A stretch of 64,000 nucleotides of DNA from an uncultured Bacteroidales bacterium. Lineage in GTDB: Bacteria; Bacteroidota; Bacteroidia; Bacteroidales; CAIXZF01. The notes below the pieces were generated by a model. It had not been told where the DNA came from, did not search any database, and saw only the letters and a list, made by a program, of their open reading frames with translations. The DNA lies in contig CAZSDK010000020.1 in assembly GCA_964605655.1 (NCBI GenBank), positions 6,974 through 70,973 of the forward strand, in the 5' to 3' direction. Positions 10,071-18,858 of the stretch are shown here, one piece after another (the stretch's first letter is position 1; every line of letters begins with the position of its first letter). Both the position numbers and the translations under genes were made by a program.

Positions 10071-11369
10071 TTAAATAACCTCTGCTACCACGAAGGTGCT
10101 TCCCCCTATCAGCACCAGGTCATCTGCCGAAGCATGCCGTAAGGCATCCTGGTAAGCCTCCTTAACAGAGGAATAAGCACTCCCGTGTAAACCGGCCTTC
10201 GATGCCAGCTCTTTCAGGAGGTTCTCATCCATACCTCTGGGAATATAGGCCTTACAGAAATAATACCTGGCATTGGCGGGCAATAAGGAAAGTATGGAGT
10301 CCACTTCCTTGTCATTGACCATCCCTAAAACGAAATGAAGATGGGAGTATGTCAGTTGGTGCAAATGGGTCATCAGCTCGGTGATGCCTGCCTCATTATG
10401 GCCTGTATCACAGATCACCCTGGGATGGCTTCCGATTTGTTCCCACCTACCCCTGAACCCGGTTTTTGCGATGACCTGCCGGCAACCTTTTTTCAAGTCA
10501 GCAGGTGTGATCTGATAACCCAATGCTGTTAAAACCCTGCAGGATTCCATCACCGTCAGAAGGTTCTTCTGCTGATAGATTCCGGTCAGTGGGCATTGGA
10601 GTCGTTTGATACATAAATCCTCTACCTTGAAGAGGTCTCCGCTGAGCATGGGGGAGGGTGATTCATGGGTGGTGAGGTTTCTCCAATGGAAGATCTTATC
10701 CGCAAAACTCATGGGAGCGTTGAGATCAGCCGCTTTGCTGACAAAAACCCCGGCCACCTCAGCTTGAAACTCCCCCACAACCAGAGGCACACCCGCTTTG
10801 ATGATGCCTGCTTTTTCTGTGGCTATGGCTTTTAAAGTGTTGCCCAGGAACTGTATATGGTCTTTACTGATATTCGTGATGATGCTTAGGACCGGATCTA
10901 CCACATTGGTCGAATCCAGCCTGCCACCCATTCCCGTTTCAACGACGGCAATATCTACTTCATTTTCAGCAAAATACTCCATCGCAAGTCCGAAAGTCAT
11001 CTCGAAAAACGAAGGATTCAGGGAGCGAAATGCGGATTCGTGGGTATTGATGAATTCGACCACCCTTTTTTTAGGGATCATTTTCCCGTTGATACGGATC
11101 CTCTCCCTGAAGTCTTTTAAATGGGGCGAGGTATAGAGGCCGGTCTTGTAACCTGCTGACTGTAGGATAGAAGCGATCAGGTGGGAGGTAGATCCTTTGC
11201 CGTTGGTACCTGCCACATGAACGGACTTGAACTTCCGCTGAGGGTTACCGAGAAGGTCGCACAGGGCTATGGTGGTATCGAGGTTTGCTTTGTAGGCGGC
11301 GGCTCCTATGCGGTGAAACATGGGCAGCTGCTGATTCAGGAAGTCCAGTGTTTGATGATAGGTTCTCAA
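10071..11369 (-). CDS. folC: Bifunctional folylpolyglutamate synthase / dihydrofolate synthase
   Basis: 432 aa. Mur-ligase P-loop HVAGTNGKGST. Length and overall motif pattern are typical of FolC. There is a 4-nt overlap with the upstream tonB-like gene. Confidence 0.9.
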   Translation of the reverse strand: MRTYHQTLDFLNQQLPMFHRIGAAAYKANLDTTIALCDLLGNPQRKFKSVHVAGTNGKGSTSHLIASILQSAGYKTGLYTSPHLKDFRERIRINGKMIPKKRVVEFINTHESAFRSLNPSFFEMTFGLAMEYFAENEVDIAVVETGMGGRLDSTNVVDPVLSIITNISKDHIQFLGNTLKAIATEKAGIIKAGVPLVVGEFQAEVAGVFVSKAADLNAPMSFADKIFHWRNLTTHESPSPMLSGDLFKVEDLCIKRLQCPLTGIYQQKNLLTVMESCRVLTALGYQITPADLKKGCRQVIAKTGFRGRWEQIGSHPRVICDTGHNEAGITELMTHLHQLTYSHLHFVLGMVNDKEVDSILSLLPANARYYFCKAYIPRGMDENLLKELASKAGLHGSAYSSVKEAYQDALRHASADDLVLIGGSTFVVAEVI

Positions 11370-12220
11370 TTTTGGAGAACAAAGTGATAGGTGATGGTTC
11401 CTTTCTGCTCTTCCGGTGCGTTGGGATTAGGACTGAACTTGGCCTTGAGGGCGGCCTGCTGGGCAAGCCTCTGAAGGGTGATGCTGGATGTATTGGTGCC
11501 TTTGGCTCCTGCTTCGGCACGTACCACTTCTCCTTGTTTGTTCACCCATATCCTAACCACCACTTTCCCGGCTTCATTGGCCCTGTATTCAGGTTTGGGT
11601 AAAGAGATCTGGGTTCTGCCGCTCAGGTCAAAGGTAGGACCTATCCCGTTGCCTGATCCTGTCCCGACCCCGAACCCTGATCCTGTCCCATCTCCTGATC
11701 CCGGCTGTCCGTAATGGTTTTTGCTGTAAAGGGATCCGTCGGGATGTCCCTGGTCGCCGGGTTTCCCGGTCTCCCCCTCACTGCTGCCTCCGCCTTTTGA
11801 GGATTTCTTGTACAAGGCTCTTGGATTCACGACCGGATCATTGATCTTCACCACTGGGGCAGGCTGGGTCGCCTCATTCTTCTTGGAAGCCGGAACAGCG
11901 GGAGCTTCCTCAAAATCCTGAGTCACCACATTGTCATCGCTTTGGTTCGTTCCGGTCTTCTGGGTCACCTCCGACTCTATGGCTGAAAGGTCTTTGGTAT
12001 TGACATCCAGGAACTCCTCCGACTGCACATCTCCCATGCCTTCGTCGGAATTGCCAAAATTCACCTCCAGTCCGGAACCTCCTCCAACCATGGGATAGGG
12101 AGGGATGGGGGTACGCAGTACGATCAGGAACAATGCTCCCAGTATCAGGGCATGGAACACTACCGTGAGGATCCACGCCAGGGGCTTGTTGGTATTTTCA
12201 GAATGCTGGGTCATGGTCAC
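11366..12220 (-). CDS. tonB: Energy transducer TonB
   Basis: N-terminal TM helix (WILTVVFHALILGALFLIVL), a low-complexity G/P/S-rich linker, and a C-terminal TonB-C-like domain (GKVVVRIWVNKQGEVVRAEAG...TITYHFVLQ). It sits directly after exbB-exbD with 4-nt overlaps. Confidence 0.8.
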   Translation of the reverse strand: MTMTQHSENTNKPLAWILTVVFHALILGALFLIVLRTPIPPYPMVGGGSGLEVNFGNSDEGMGDVQSEEFLDVNTKDLSAIESEVTQKTGTNQSDDNVVTQDFEEAPAVPASKKNEATQPAPVVKINDPVVNPRALYKKSSKGGGSSEGETGKPGDQGHPDGSLYSKNHYGQPGSGDGTGSGFGVGTGSGNGIGPTFDLSGRTQISLPKPEYRANEAGKVVVRIWVNKQGEVVRAEAGAKGTNTSSITLQRLAQQAALKAKFSPNPNAPEEQKGTITYHFVLQN

Positions 12221-12618
12221 TTTTGCATGGTCTTGGTAGCAAGGACCATTTTAATTTTGACCTTATTCCCTATCTGCAGAACATCTACCAGGTCCTGAAC
12301 CGTAAGCGCATTGTCAAACCGCAGCACTACCGTGGGTTCTGTAATATTCACCGTGGCTTTTTGAAGCTCCGGCTCCAGCTGCTCAAAAGGAACCAGCTGG
12401 TTATTCAGGTAGTACTGTTTGTCGGCGGTGACTGATAATGACACTTGCTGCTTGGAAATGGCCTGGGAAGTAGTGGCTTTGGGAAGCATTAATTTGATGA
12501 CCGAAGGGTTGACCAGGGTGGAAATGATCAAAAAGAACAACAACAGGAAGAACATGATGTCATTCAGCGACCCCGTGTACACTTCGGCTTGGAAACTGCC
12601 TCTTTTTCTAAGGTTCAT
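12217..12618 (-). CDS. exbD: Biopolymer transporter ExbD/TolR
   Basis: 133 aa with a single N-terminal TM helix (DIMFFLLLFFLIISTL), the family-typical size and layout. It lies between exbB and tonB. Confidence 0.85.
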   Translation of the reverse strand: MNLRKRGSFQAEVYTGSLNDIMFFLLLFFLIISTLVNPSVIKLMLPKATTSQAISKQQVSLSVTADKQYYLNNQLVPFEQLEPELQKATVNITEPTVVLRFDNALTVQDLVDVLQIGNKVKIKMVLATKTMQK

Positions 12619-12620
12619 GA

Positions 12621-13352
12621 TCAGGCCTCCTTTTGAAGTACATCCAGGAATTCCCTTGCACCATCTTCAAGAGTAAAGACAACTTTGTCGAGCAATATGT
12701 TCAGATAATGGTATCCGGTGTAGGCTAAAACCCCTATGATCAGACCCGTGGCACTGGTGATCATCTTTTCATAGAGGCCTCCGGCGATGATCCCGATGCT
12801 GATGTTATCGGTCAGAGATATGTTATAAAAGATCTTGATCACACCCATGATGGTACCGATAAACCCGAGCATGGGCGCTATACCGGCCACGATGCCGAGG
12901 ATCTTCAGGTTTTTTTCCAGCTTGGTGATCTCGTACCGGCCCACACTTTCCAATGACCTCTCAATCTCATCGAAAGGTCTTCCGACCCGTCCCAATCCCT
13001 TCTCCACCATCCTGGAAATAGGGGAGTTGATCGATTTGCAGAGGGCTTTGGCCGAATCAAGCTTGTAATCGAAGATGAAATCCCGGATGTTGTTCATGAA
13101 ATTGGTGCTCACTTTCCCTGCCTTCTTGATGGCGATCAGCCTTTCAAAAAAGAAATAAACGGCAAGAAGGGAAAGAATAAACAAGGGGATCATGATGACC
13201 CCTCCCTTTAAGACGAGTCCCCAAAGTGTTAAGGTATCAACGGTGGGCGGGAGGGCTGCCGGGGCTGTGACAGTTTGTGTCACTGCCGGATGAAGCGTGT
13301 CGACAACCTGTTGAACAGGCTGGGTGATCTGAAGAAGAAATCCATGGTTCAT
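12621..13352 (-). CDS. exbB: MotA/TolQ/ExbB proton-channel protein
   Basis: 243 aa with three TM segments and the conserved C-terminal motif region (IAPMLGFIGTIMGVIKIF...GGLYEKMITSATGLIIGV). Confidence 0.85.
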   Translation of the reverse strand: MNHGFLLQITQPVQQVVDTLHPAVTQTVTAPAALPPTVDTLTLWGLVLKGGVIMIPLFILSLLAVYFFFERLIAIKKAGKVSTNFMNNIRDFIFDYKLDSAKALCKSINSPISRMVEKGLGRVGRPFDEIERSLESVGRYEITKLEKNLKILGIVAGIAPMLGFIGTIMGVIKIFYNISLTDNISIGIIAGGLYEKMITSATGLIIGVLAYTGYHYLNILLDKVVFTLEDGAREFLDVLQKEA

Positions 13353-13576
13353 GGGTAGAGGCTTTGAATGAAGGTTGGTAAAAGTAATATTTTATCCCTC
13401 TGAACCTGATTTACTTGAGTTTCACTTGTTAACACTCATCTGTTAATTGATGGAATAACTGCCTCATGTCTCCTTTTATTGCTCTAATACCGGTTTCAGG
13501 ATGTAATTTTACATTTTCCGCAAGATTCATAGGATGCGATTGTCAAATGAACACCGCTGTACCGAGTTAGATTAAG

Positions 13577-14182
13577 ATGACGGATCAGGAACTGGTTGAG
13601 AAAATCTTAAAGGATGAACCTGCTGCCTTTCGCAGCCTGGTCGAGGCCTATCAGGACCGGGTTTTCCGGACGGCCTTTGGCCTGCTGAATAACAGGGAGG
13701 ATGCCGAAGACATTGCACAGGAAGTATTTGTTGAGGTTTACCGCTCCCTTTCCCGTTTCAGGGGGGAATCCAGGATTTCGACCTGGCTTTACCGCATCAC
13801 CGTCAATAAGTCCATAAACCTGCTGAAGCGGTCTAAAAGACAGCAGTGGCCTGGTGAATGGTTCCCTTTGAACCTTGGTAAGATGAATGCCGGGGCTGAA
13901 ATCCGGGCCGTTGAATATTCCACGCCCCATTCCCGTATGGAACATCAGGAACTGGGAAAGATTCTGGATGAAGCCATCCGTTCACTTCCGGAAAAACAGA
14001 GGATCGCATTTACTTTACATAAGGTGGAAGACCTTCCTCATAAAGAAATCGCCGAGATCATGAACACGACGGCTTCCTCCGTGGAGTCCCTGATCTTCAG
14101 GGCAAAACGTAACCTTCAGTTGCGGCTCATCCCTTATTATGAAAAAGGAAAATCGCAAGAAAAGAAAAATCAAATTGTCTAA
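13577..14182 (+). CDS. RNA polymerase ECF-type sigma-70 factor
   Basis: 201 aa. Region 2 (AEDIAQEVFVEVYRSLSRFRGESRISTWLYRITVNKSINLLKR) and region 4 HTH (LPEKQRIAFTLHKVEDLPHKEIAEIMNTTASSVESLIFRAKRNL). Confidence 0.9.
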   Translation: MTDQELVEKILKDEPAAFRSLVEAYQDRVFRTAFGLLNNREDAEDIAQEVFVEVYRSLSRFRGESRISTWLYRITVNKSINLLKRSKRQQWPGEWFPLNLGKMNAGAEIRAVEYSTPHSRMEHQELGKILDEAIRSLPEKQRIAFTLHKVEDLPHKEIAEIMNTTASSVESLIFRAKRNLQLRLIPYYEKGKSQEKKNQIV

Positions 14183-14190
14183 TCATCATC

Positions 14191-14697
14191 ATGCGAACGA
14201 ACCCAAAATTCTTAGCCATGAAATGCAAGGAGATACATAGTAAAATGTGGTCCTTCCTGGAAGGTGAACTGCACACAGCGGAGCAGAAAGCCATGGAGGA
14301 ACATTTAGAAGTTTGCCCGGATTGCAGGAGTGATTTGGAAAGGCTTACAGTGTACTTCAAACTTCTTGAAGAAAGGAAAGAGATGGAGATCAACCCTTAT
14401 TTCTTCACCCGTCTTCAGCAAGCCCTCAGCGATGAAAGTATTGGTCCTGACCCTGTTATTAGAAGAGTGCCGGTCCTGGTCCGCTGGGTAGCCATGCCCC
14501 TCACCCTGGTAGTGGCCTTGTTCCTGGGCGTGACCCTCATCACTCATTCCTACTGGAAAAAGAATCTGAACGCCACTGATAACAGTTTGACAATGAGTCC
14601 TTATGAAGAATTCTTCCTGGGGGACACGGATGAGAATTTTTACGATACCTATTTCCTTTCAACAGCTGCATCAAACAATGAAACGCAAACCCCTTAA
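14191..14697 (+). CDS. Anti-sigma factor (zf-HC2 type, single-pass membrane)
   Basis: It lies immediately downstream of the ECF sigma gene. Zinc-finger motif H-x3-C-x2-C (HLEVCPDCRSDL) and one TM helix (WVAMPLTLVVALFLGVTLI). The true start may be the internal Met at 14218 (MKCKEIH...). Confidence 0.7.
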   Translation: MRTNPKFLAMKCKEIHSKMWSFLEGELHTAEQKAMEEHLEVCPDCRSDLERLTVYFKLLEERKEMEINPYFFTRLQQALSDESIGPDPVIRRVPVLVRWVAMPLTLVVALFLGVTLITHSYWKKNLNATDNSLTMSPYEEFFLGDTDENFYDTYFLSTAASNNETQTP

Positions 14698-14711
14698 TGG
14701 TCCTTTGAATC

Positions 14712-15320
14712 ATGCAACAACTGCTTAATAAAAAATGGATGGCCTGGGTGGTCTTATTGTTACTCATACTGAATATCAGTGCTTTGGGAACAATTCTTTA
14801 TTTTACTCATTTTCACGGGAGACCTCCGGCCGAAGAGGCGGGCCCTGCCGTCATGCCCGGCGAGGGAATGCTCGTTCGTGAATTGGGATTCAACGAAGTG
14901 CAGAAAGACAGTTTGCGGAAAAGCAGGGAGGCACTCTTTAATGAGACCATGGAGAAAAGACATTCCATGAGGGAAAAAAGAAGGGAACTGATTACGGAGA
15001 TCGCAAAAGACAATCCTGATACGAACTTACTGAGCGCCATCTCCGATTCCATGGTCTTGTTGCAGTCGGACCTGAGGGAAGCCACCATCCATCATGTACT
15101 CAGAATCAAAAAGATATGCAGCGCTGAACAAGCCAAACGTCTGACAGGCTTTTACCAGGATCTGTTTTTCAGCGAGAGACCCGGTCTGGGTCCCGGTGCC
15201 GGAAGACAGTTCAGGATGGGCCAGGGTAGGCCTCCGGAGCAGGGTCCAATGAGAGATGACTCCTCCCCGCATCCCAGGCGGTGGAGAGGGGGGCAGGACC
15301 GGCCTGGTCGCCAGGAATAA
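14712..15320 (+). CDS. Membrane-anchored periplasmic Spy/CpxP-like (LTXXQ-type) protein with an R/G/P-rich tail
   Basis: N-terminal TM anchor (WMAWVVLLLLILNISALGTIL), helical LTXXQ-like repeats (FNEVQKDSL, CSAEQAKRL) and a C-terminal low-complexity RGP tail. It is the third gene of the ECF module. Confidence 0.6.
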   Translation: MQQLLNKKWMAWVVLLLLILNISALGTILYFTHFHGRPPAEEAGPAVMPGEGMLVRELGFNEVQKDSLRKSREALFNETMEKRHSMREKRRELITEIAKDNPDTNLLSAISDSMVLLQSDLREATIHHVLRIKKICSAEQAKRLTGFYQDLFFSERPGLGPGAGRQFRMGQGRPPEQGPMRDDSSPHPRRWRGGQDRPGRQE

Positions 15321-15346
15321 TGATATAATATTAATTTCTAAAAACA

Positions 15347-15868
15347 TTGAAAATGAAAAGGTTAAATTATTTGATCGCAGGAACATTGGTATTTGGATAC
15401 CTTATTGTTTTCCTTGGTTCTACAGAGGTTGTTGCACAGGAAAGAGGCCGGGGTGGCAGAGGGAACCTCCCGGAACACAGATATTGCAGAAATGCCCCTG
15501 ACTCAGCCGAAATGGCCGGGCCGGTAAAGATGCACAGGATCCCCGACCTGACGAAAGAACAGTCGGAAAAAATGGAAAAGATCCAGCTCAGTCTTCATAA
15601 AGAAATGCTTCCCTTGAAAAACCAACTGGAAGAAAAGAAAGCCCACTTGCGGACGCTCAGCTCCGCTGACAAACCGGACCAGGCTGCCATCAACCAGACC
15701 ATTGATGAGATTTCACTGCTGAAAGCTTCCATGATGAAGAAGAAAAACGCTGCGCATCAGGAGATCAGGGCGCTGCTTACCGATAAGCAGAGAGTTCTTT
15801 TTGACTCAAGACAAGGTAAAAAGGGAAAGGGAAGGAATGGCGGTATGGGTGGCCGTGGAGGGTGGTAG
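15347..15868 (+). CDS. Periplasmic Spy/CpxP-family chaperone-like protein
   Basis: Signal peptide, two LTXXQ motifs (DLTKEQSEKM, LLTDKQRVLF) and a G/R-rich tail (GKGRNGGMGGRGGW). Confidence 0.7.
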   Translation: MKMKRLNYLIAGTLVFGYLIVFLGSTEVVAQERGRGGRGNLPEHRYCRNAPDSAEMAGPVKMHRIPDLTKEQSEKMEKIQLSLHKEMLPLKNQLEEKKAHLRTLSSADKPDQAAINQTIDEISLLKASMMKKKNAAHQEIRALLTDKQRVLFDSRQGKKGKGRNGGMGGRGGW

Positions 15869-15957
15869 TCAGCAGTCGGCAGTCAGCGGTCGGCAGTGTG
15901 CAGTTGGCAGTTGGCAGTAAAGCAGTTGGCAGTTGCCAGTTGGCAGTTGGCAGTCGG
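15869..15957. repeat. Heptad tandem array (CAGTYRG / GGCAGTY)n, about 12-13 units
   Basis: Read directly: cagtcgg cagtcag cggtcgg cagtgtg cagttgg cagttgg cagtaaag cagttgg cagttgc cagttgg cagttgg cagtcgg. It starts one nucleotide after the stop codon of 15347..15868. Confidence 0.9.
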
Positions 15958-16094
15958 CCACTTCTGATCTCTGGGTTCTCGGTTCGCAATTTGACATTAT
16001 AATTTCGTAAATCAAGCTCATTTTTATTTTCACCGCAGAGCCGCGAAGGCGCGGAGAAGGGGAAGTAGTCTGCAGTCAGCAGCCGGCAGTAAAG

Positions 16095-16161
16095 CAGTGT
16101 ACCAGTTAATCAGTGTACCAGTTAATCAGTGTACCAGTTAATCAATGTACCAGTGTATCAG
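16095..16161. repeat. 16-bp tandem repeat cagtgtaccagttaat x4.2
   Basis: Three perfect units (16095-16142), one variant unit caatgtaccagtgtat, and a partial unit. Confidence 0.95.
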
Positions 16162-16201
16162 ATGAATAGCCTTCTTGCATCCTTGCCTTCTGGCCTTCTG
16201 G

Positions 16202-16245
16202 CCATCTTACCTTATCAAACATCCCTGCGTCTCTGCGGTAAAAAA
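16202..16245. repeat. Conserved core of a dispersed intergenic element (copy A)
   Basis: ccatcttaccttatcaaacatccctgcgtctctgcggtaaaaa matches 46709..46761 (ccatcttgccttatcgaacatccct[ctgcgacccg]gcgtctctgcggtgaaaa) apart from 3 substitutions and one ~10-nt insertion. Its 3' part is the inverted complement of ttttcaccgcagag at 16027-16040. Confidence 0.85.
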
Positions 16246-16437
16246 TCCTCTTTATCTGTCGGGATGACGGGATGCGGGATGATTGCACGTGGGTACGTTA
16301 TGACGTGAGATCGTATGCACGTTATGGGCCTGATATTCTGGGCAATAGGATCTGGTAGATGAAAGGAATAAGGAAAAGTAGCAGGTAATAATATAAAGTA
16401 ATAGTATGAAGTAAAAGAGGACTGTCCGTTCCGCGGT

Positions 16438-17502
16438 TTATTTCATCCAGATGCTGCCTCCACAGTGATCCTTCTCTGAACCGGTCACGGAAGACAGAAC
16501 ATTGATCTCCCCGTACCAGCGAAGCACTCCTAAAAAAGCAAACACCACTGCCTCTTTGAAGTCCACCAGCAGACTGTCCGGGACTTCGACCTTTTCACCC
16601 GATAATTTTCTGATCCTTTCAAGGAGGAATTTGTTGTGAGCCCCGCCACCCGTGGCCAGGAGCGTGCCCCTCTGCCCTGACTGTAAGGAAGCAGCCACTT
16701 GTTGTGCAATATGTTCGGTAACTGTTCGAAGACAATGCCTGACCTCCCCGGAACAGGGTTGCAGCAAGGGCAGAAATACTGATTCAAACCATTCCCTTCC
16801 CAGTGATTTCGGAGGAGGCAATTCATAAAACGAAAGCCGGTTCAATGAAAGCAGAAGATCATCCAGTACTTCTCCTTCTTCCGCCAGGTGGCCATTATCA
16901 TCGTAATCCTTCCCCTCAAGGCCTGCCAGGTAGTTCAGGGCCAGGTTGCAAGGACTGATGTCGTGGGCAATCCGCCTGCCCCGGAGGTCATAAGAGATAT
17001 TGGCAAAGCCGCCTAAGTTCAGGCAGTATTCATAGGAAGAAAAGAGCAGGGCATCACCTACCGGTACCAGCGGAGCACCCTGTCCGCCCAGGGCTACGTC
17101 CATGCTTCTGAAATCGCAGACTACGGGCAGCGAGGCGGCAGCTCCCAGGGCCGGCCCCGAACCGATCTGCAAGGTAAGACCCAGGTCAGGACGGTGATAA
17201 ATGGTATGCCCGTGGGATGCCGCCAGATCGGGCCTCATCCCTGTTTCATCCACCAAATTCTTCACTAAGGTCCCCAGGTACTGTCCATATTCCCGGTCCA
17301 GCAAACTTAGAGCGTATCCATCGAGTGAGGAGGCTGAGCTCAGCCTTTCTTTCCATTGGTCCGGATAACCAATGGTCCTGGCGGCAAGTAGCTGATACCG
17401 CCATTTACCGTCTGTCTTTTCAAATTCACACAATGCCAGGTCCACCCCATCGAGTGACGTGCCTGACATAATACCGACAGCTCTTATACTGTTCATTATC
17501 AT
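16438..17502 (-). CDS. anmK: Anhydro-N-acetylmuramic acid kinase
   Basis: 354 aa. N-terminal signature GIMSGTSLDGVDLAL and ASKHA-fold motifs (LATGGGAHNKFL). Confidence 0.9.
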   Translation of the reverse strand: MIMNSIRAVGIMSGTSLDGVDLALCEFEKTDGKWRYQLLAARTIGYPDQWKERLSSASSLDGYALSLLDREYGQYLGTLVKNLVDETGMRPDLAASHGHTIYHRPDLGLTLQIGSGPALGAAASLPVVCDFRSMDVALGGQGAPLVPVGDALLFSSYEYCLNLGGFANISYDLRGRRIAHDISPCNLALNYLAGLEGKDYDDNGHLAEEGEVLDDLLLSLNRLSFYELPPPKSLGREWFESVFLPLLQPCSGEVRHCLRTVTEHIAQQVAASLQSGQRGTLLATGGGAHNKFLLERIRKLSGEKVEVPDSLLVDFKEAVVFAFLGVLRWYGEINVLSSVTGSEKDHCGGSIWMK

Positions 17503-17506
17503 TAAT

Positions 17507-18796
17507 TTAAACAGATTCTAACAGCTTCTCCAGGGCCATGCCACGAGACCCCTTAATTAATATGGTATAGGAGGACAAAGGATATTTAAACAGGTAATCT
17601 TTCAGGGAGGAAACATCAGAAAAAGAGACAAGGCCGGGATTCTTGTTCAGACGGTGAAAGACAGGTCCCGCAAGAAATACTTTTATGCCCGTGATCTTGG
17701 AAAGCTCATGGAGGATTTTCAAATGTTCTTCCTCTTCCTGTTCGCCCAGTTCAAACATATCTCCGAGGATCATCGCTTTAGGGCCTCCTTCCATACTCCG
17801 GAAACTTTCGATAGCTGCTTTCATACTCGTCGGATTGGCATTATAGGCATCCATCACCAGGGTGTTACGGGCAGTCGGGAGCAGCTGCGACCTGTTGTTG
17901 CCGGGAATATACGATTCAATGGCAGAGACGATTTTCTCAGGAGGCACTTTATAAAATAATCCGACAGCGATGGCAGCCAGGATGTTATCTGTGTTATAAG
18001 AGCCAATCAGGCGTGAATGGACTTCGTACACATCCTTTCCTGATTCAAAGGCTACCCTGACGAAGGGATCTGCACCCAGAAACCGTCCCCTGAAAGTAGC
18101 CTCGTCTGTCTCACCGTAGAGAATCCGATTCCCTCCTTCCGTGATTTCTTTTAAAACCTTTTGACCTGCATTGACGAAAAGAGGTCCATTCCGGCCGGCG
18201 ACATAGTCATAAAGGGCTCTTTTAGTAAGAATGATGTTCTCCAGGCTGCCGAATCCTTCGAGGTGGGCCACCCCGATGCTGGTGATCAGTCCTGCATTGG
18301 GTTCGGCAATACGGCAGAGATCCATGATTTCACCGGGATGGTTGGCTCCCATCTCGATGATGGCGAAAGTTGTTTCGGGATTGATCCCGAGCAGGGTGAG
18401 AGGGACACCGATATGATTGTTCAGGTTTCCCTGGGTGGAGGTCACCGTGAAAGCCTCTGAAAGTACTGCCCTGATCAGTTCTTTAGTGGTTGTTTTTCCG
18501 TTGGTGCCTGTGATGCCAAGGACCGGTATGCTGAATGGTCGCCGGTGATGCTGTGCCAGTGACTGTAAGGCCTGAAGAACGTCAGGCACCAGCAGGTACC
18601 GTTCATCTTTCCGGTAAATTTCCTGGTCGATGATGGCATAGGAAGCTCCTTTTTCAAGAGCATCCGCGGCAAAGGCATTCCCATTGAAGGAATCCCCTTT
18701 CAGGGCAAAAAACAGGCATCCCGGCTGTATGTTCCTTGAGTCGGTGGAGACCTTTGGATGTTGGGCAAAGAGGGGGTAGAGTTCTTCCGGTTTCAT
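17507..18796 (-). CDS. murF: UDP-N-acetylmuramoyl-tripeptide--D-alanyl-D-alanine ligase
   Basis: 429 aa. VSTDSRNIQPGCLFFALKG and P-loop GITGTNGKTTTKE, a Mur ligase layout. Confidence 0.9.
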   Translation of the reverse strand: MKPEELYPLFAQHPKVSTDSRNIQPGCLFFALKGDSFNGNAFAADALEKGASYAIIDQEIYRKDERYLLVPDVLQALQSLAQHHRRPFSIPVLGITGTNGKTTTKELIRAVLSEAFTVTSTQGNLNNHIGVPLTLLGINPETTFAIIEMGANHPGEIMDLCRIAEPNAGLITSIGVAHLEGFGSLENIILTKRALYDYVAGRNGPLFVNAGQKVLKEITEGGNRILYGETDEATFRGRFLGADPFVRVAFESGKDVYEVHSRLIGSYNTDNILAAIAVGLFYKVPPEKIVSAIESYIPGNNRSQLLPTARNTLVMDAYNANPTSMKAAIESFRSMEGGPKAMILGDMFELGEQEEEEHLKILHELSKITGIKVFLAGPVFHRLNKNPGLVSFSDVSSLKDYLFKYPLSSYTILIKGSRGMALEKLLESV

Positions 18797-18858
18797 AGGA
18801 TGAAAAAAACCCCATCACCTTACAGGGAATGGGGTTCTTGTCGATAAATACGGTATTA

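Noticed and set aside
15777-15989. 70-aa minus ORF (…LPTANWQLPTALLPTANCTLPTADCRLLT…). The same applies to 46316..46573 and 46644..46898.
   Set aside because: These are translations of the heptad and simple-repeat arrays. The periodic peptide sequence is an artefact of the 7-nt DNA repeat.
15869-16161. Possible CRISPR array (tandem repeats in an intergenic region). Also considered for 29284..29424.
   Set aside because: The repeat periods are 7, 16 and 39 nt with no unique spacers between units, and there are no cas genes in the window. This is not CRISPR architecture.
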